A stretch of 64,000 bases of DNA. Origin: Candidatus Cloacimonadota bacterium (GTDB lineage: Bacteria; Cloacimonadota; Cloacimonadia; JGIOTU-2). Positions within the stretch are counted from its first letter, which is position 1, and the number at the start of each line of letters is the position of its first letter. Positions 61,856 to 64,000 of this stretch are shown here, piece by piece. Position numbers and translations under genes: made by a program. The notes under the pieces are model-generated. The model was not told the DNA's origin and did not search any database. It was given only the letters and a program-made list of their open reading frames with translations. Where the stretch lies: assembly GCA_049903315.1 (NCBI GenBank), contig JBNGBT010000001.1, positions 128,001 through 192,000 on the forward strand, read 5' to 3'.

Positions 61856-62113
61856 ATGAATACTCAAACAGCAAGTGTGGTCGTGTTTTCCACTCCCATG
61901 TGTTCCTGGTGTAGAAAGACCAAGGATTATCTCAGAAAGCACAATATACGTTTTAAGGATATCGACGTTGCTAGGGATCAGGCTGCTGCGCGCGATATGG
62001 TTCGAAGAACCGGACAGCAGGGAGTACCGGTCATCATGATAAACAATCGTGCCATTGTCGGATTTGATAAGAATAAAATAGACAACTTATTGGGAATTAA
62101 AGATAGAAGCTAA
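61856..62113 (+). CDS. Glutaredoxin/NrdH-like redoxin
   Basis: CSWC motif, TGQQGVPV and IVGFD. Confidence 0.93.
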   Translation: MNTQTASVVVFSTPMCSWCRKTKDYLRKHNIRFKDIDVARDQAAARDMVRRTGQQGVPVIMINNRAIVGFDKNKIDNLLGIKDRS

Positions 62114-62114
62114 A

Positions 62115-63059
62115 ATGAAAGGCGAAAATATGTATGATCTTATTATTATTGGAGGTGGTCCTGCTGGACTTACTGCGGGTCTCTATGCCGCACGATACAA
62201 ATTAAAAACGATTCTCATAGAAAAAGCTCCCTTTGCAGGCGGACAGCTTTTAAAAACATCTTATATCGAAAATTATCCGGGTTTTGATGAAGCTGTTCTC
62301 GGGTACGATCTTGCAACAAAAATGGAAAATCAGGCAATTCGTTTCGGGCTGGAAGTAATCAAGGAAACCGTTACTAAAATAGAATTAACTGATGAGAAGA
62401 AAAGTGTTTATACAGAAGAGAATGAATACCATACAAAGACAGCGATTATTTCAACCGGGTCAGAACCAAGGATGCTGGGTATCCCGGGGGAGATGGAATT
62501 TTATGGAAGGGGAGTATCCTATTGCGGAACCTGCGATGCACCTTTTTTTAAGGATAAAGTTGTTGCAGTGATCGGAGGAGGGAATACCGCGATCGAGGAA
62601 TCTCTTCACATTGCAAAATATGCATCAAAGGTATATATTATCCACAGAAGGGATGAACTCCGCGCAGATAAAATATGCCAGGAAAAAGCTTTTGCCGAAG
62701 AGAGGATTGAAGTCGTATGGAACTCGATAATTAAATCAATAGATTTTCAAACTGCTGGAGATAGACAAATTACTATTTTTAATAAGAAAACTGAAAAAGA
62801 AAGTAAATTAAAAGTTGACGGAGTTTTTGTTTTTATTGGTTTGAATCCAAATACAGATCTCTTCAAAGGACAGATCGATCTAACAAAAGATGGATTCATC
62901 GCTCAGAAAGCAGGCGAAGATATGAAAACAAATATTGCCGGAGTCTTTGCTGCTGGTGATGTGCGTGATAAGGTGTTGAGACAAATTGTCAATGCTGCCG
63001 GTGATGGAGCTGTAGCAGCTTTTGAAGCGAATAAATATTTAACTGAACATAGTATCTAA
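62115..63059 (+). CDS. trxB: Thioredoxin-disulfide reductase
   Basis: GGGPAG, IENYPG, GVSYCGTCD, GGGNTA, HRRD and FAAGDV (start may be ATG 62130). Confidence 0.97.
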   Translation: MKGENMYDLIIIGGGPAGLTAGLYAARYKLKTILIEKAPFAGGQLLKTSYIENYPGFDEAVLGYDLATKMENQAIRFGLEVIKETVTKIELTDEKKSVYTEENEYHTKTAIISTGSEPRMLGIPGEMEFYGRGVSYCGTCDAPFFKDKVVAVIGGGNTAIEESLHIAKYASKVYIIHRRDELRADKICQEKAFAEERIEVVWNSIIKSIDFQTAGDRQITIFNKKTEKESKLKVDGVFVFIGLNPNTDLFKGQIDLTKDGFIAQKAGEDMKTNIAGVFAAGDVRDKVLRQIVNAAGDGAVAAFEANKYLTEHSI

Positions 63060-63077
63060 AATAATAAGGAGTAAGTA

Positions 63078-63395
63078 ATGGCGTTAGCATTAACTGAAGG
63101 AAATTTCGAAAAAATCGTGAATTCGGGAAAAGTTGTCGTAGTAGATTTCTGGGCGGAATGGTGTATGCCCTGCAAAATGATAGGTCCAATCATTGATGAA
63201 CTCTCAAATGAAATGGACACCGATAAGGTTACAATGGCAAAATGTGACGTTGACAGCGAAAGAAATATTGCGATCAAATTCAGCATCACGAGTATTCCCA
63301 GTATTCTCTTTTTCAAGGATGGAAAGGTTATGGATCAGGTTGTTGGAGCAGTCCCCAAACGCATGATTGTCGATAAAATCAATGAACTGATATAA
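63078..63395 (+). CDS. trxA: Thioredoxin
   Basis: DFWAEWCMPCKM, SIP and VGA. Confidence 0.96.
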   Translation: MALALTEGNFEKIVNSGKVVVVDFWAEWCMPCKMIGPIIDELSNEMDTDKVTMAKCDVDSERNIAIKFSITSIPSILFFKDGKVMDQVVGAVPKRMIVDKINELI

Positions 63396-63468
63396 TGTAT
63401 TAACTACTTAAATTCTTACAATCAACTCGGGAGTACGTCTTCTGAGTTGATTTATTTTTTTAAACAAC

Positions 63469-63939
63469 ATGAAAGAAATTACTTTTACACTCAATGACAA
63501 GAAAGTTGCGCTCACAATCGATCCTATCAAGCGACTCATTGATGTCCTGAGAGAAGATTTTCGTCTGACAGGAACAAAAGAGGGATGCGGCATCGGAGAG
63601 TGTGGTGCCTGCACAGTGATCGTTGATAAAAAAGCAGTATGCTCTTGCATGATGCTTGCAGGTCAGGTTCAGGGAAAAGAAGTTATCACTATAGAAGGCA
63701 TTGAAAAAGAAGGTGAACTCTCTCCTTTGCAGAAAAATTTTATAAAGTATGGCGCTATTCAATGCGGATTTTGTACACCCGGCATGATCATGAGTGCCAC
63801 TGCTTTGCTGATGGAAAATCCCCATCCTACTAAAGAAGAAATCCGAATCGCTCTCTCTGGAAATCTTTGCAGATGTACTGGATATATGCAAATCATAGAA
63901 GCAATACAAGCAACAGTAAAAGAGCAGGAAGCTCAATAA
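63469..63939 (+). CDS. (2Fe-2S)-binding small subunit of a xanthine dehydrogenase/CoxS-family molybdoenzyme
   Basis: GTKEGCGIGECGACTV, QCGFCTPG and GNLCRCTGY. Confidence 0.95.
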   Translation: MKEITFTLNDKKVALTIDPIKRLIDVLREDFRLTGTKEGCGIGECGACTVIVDKKAVCSCMMLAGQVQGKEVITIEGIEKEGELSPLQKNFIKYGAIQCGFCTPGMIMSATALLMENPHPTKEEIRIALSGNLCRCTGYMQIIEAIQATVKEQEAQ

Positions 63940-63951
63940 TAAGAGAACACT

Positions 63952-64000
63952 ATGTCAGATAAAATGATTTCATTACCCTTTGAGAAATTACTCACCTGGA
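63952..64000 (+). CDS. Start of next CDS, truncated by the window edge; N-terminus resembles YgfK-type oxidoreductase
   Basis: MSDKMISLPFEKLLTW resembles YgfK N-termini, but only 16 codons are visible. Confidence 0.5.
   Translation, partial: MSDKMISLPFEKLLTW

Noticed and set aside
61856..63395. Selenocysteine recoding in the redoxin/trxB/trxA cluster
   Set aside because: All active sites are ordinary Cys (CSWC, CGTC, CMPC) and no in-frame TGA interrupts these genes.

Overview
An AT-rich, gene-dense bacterial chromosomal window. It is probably from an FCB-group organism outside Bacteroidota, and Cloacimonadota-like is my inference. The basis is seven secreted proteins with a T9SS/FlgD-Ig-type C-terminal sorting domain together with canonical TTGACA promoters and GGAGG Shine-Dalgarno sites. 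Housekeeping genes include glyQ, guaA, tRNA-Phe, pdxA, rnhB, an htrA-like gene, murJ, uvrC, purC, pgpA, murA, prmC, ruvX, mltG, trxB and trxA. The most notable accessory region is 41.7-60.4 kb. It holds a tandem Kgp-like and Rgp-like gingipain pair and a third C25 protease sharing a common C-terminal stalk. An ArsR-type HTH fused to an apparently catalytically dead M29 aminopeptidase sits between them, and a secreted PPAD-like peptidylarginine deiminase lies nearby. Other candidate systems are a TerB/FHA-like-ABCG transporter with a helical lipoprotein and a stand-alone cNMP-binding protein (4.2-8.9 kb), and a repeat-built lipoprotein with an outer-membrane barrel next to a heparinase-family lyase (22-29 kb). 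Several intergenic regions are mosaics of short REP-like palindromes, and a perfect CIRCE precedes hsp20. I saw no CRISPR array, rRNA or transposase. All family assignments come from recognising motifs by eye; no database search was run.
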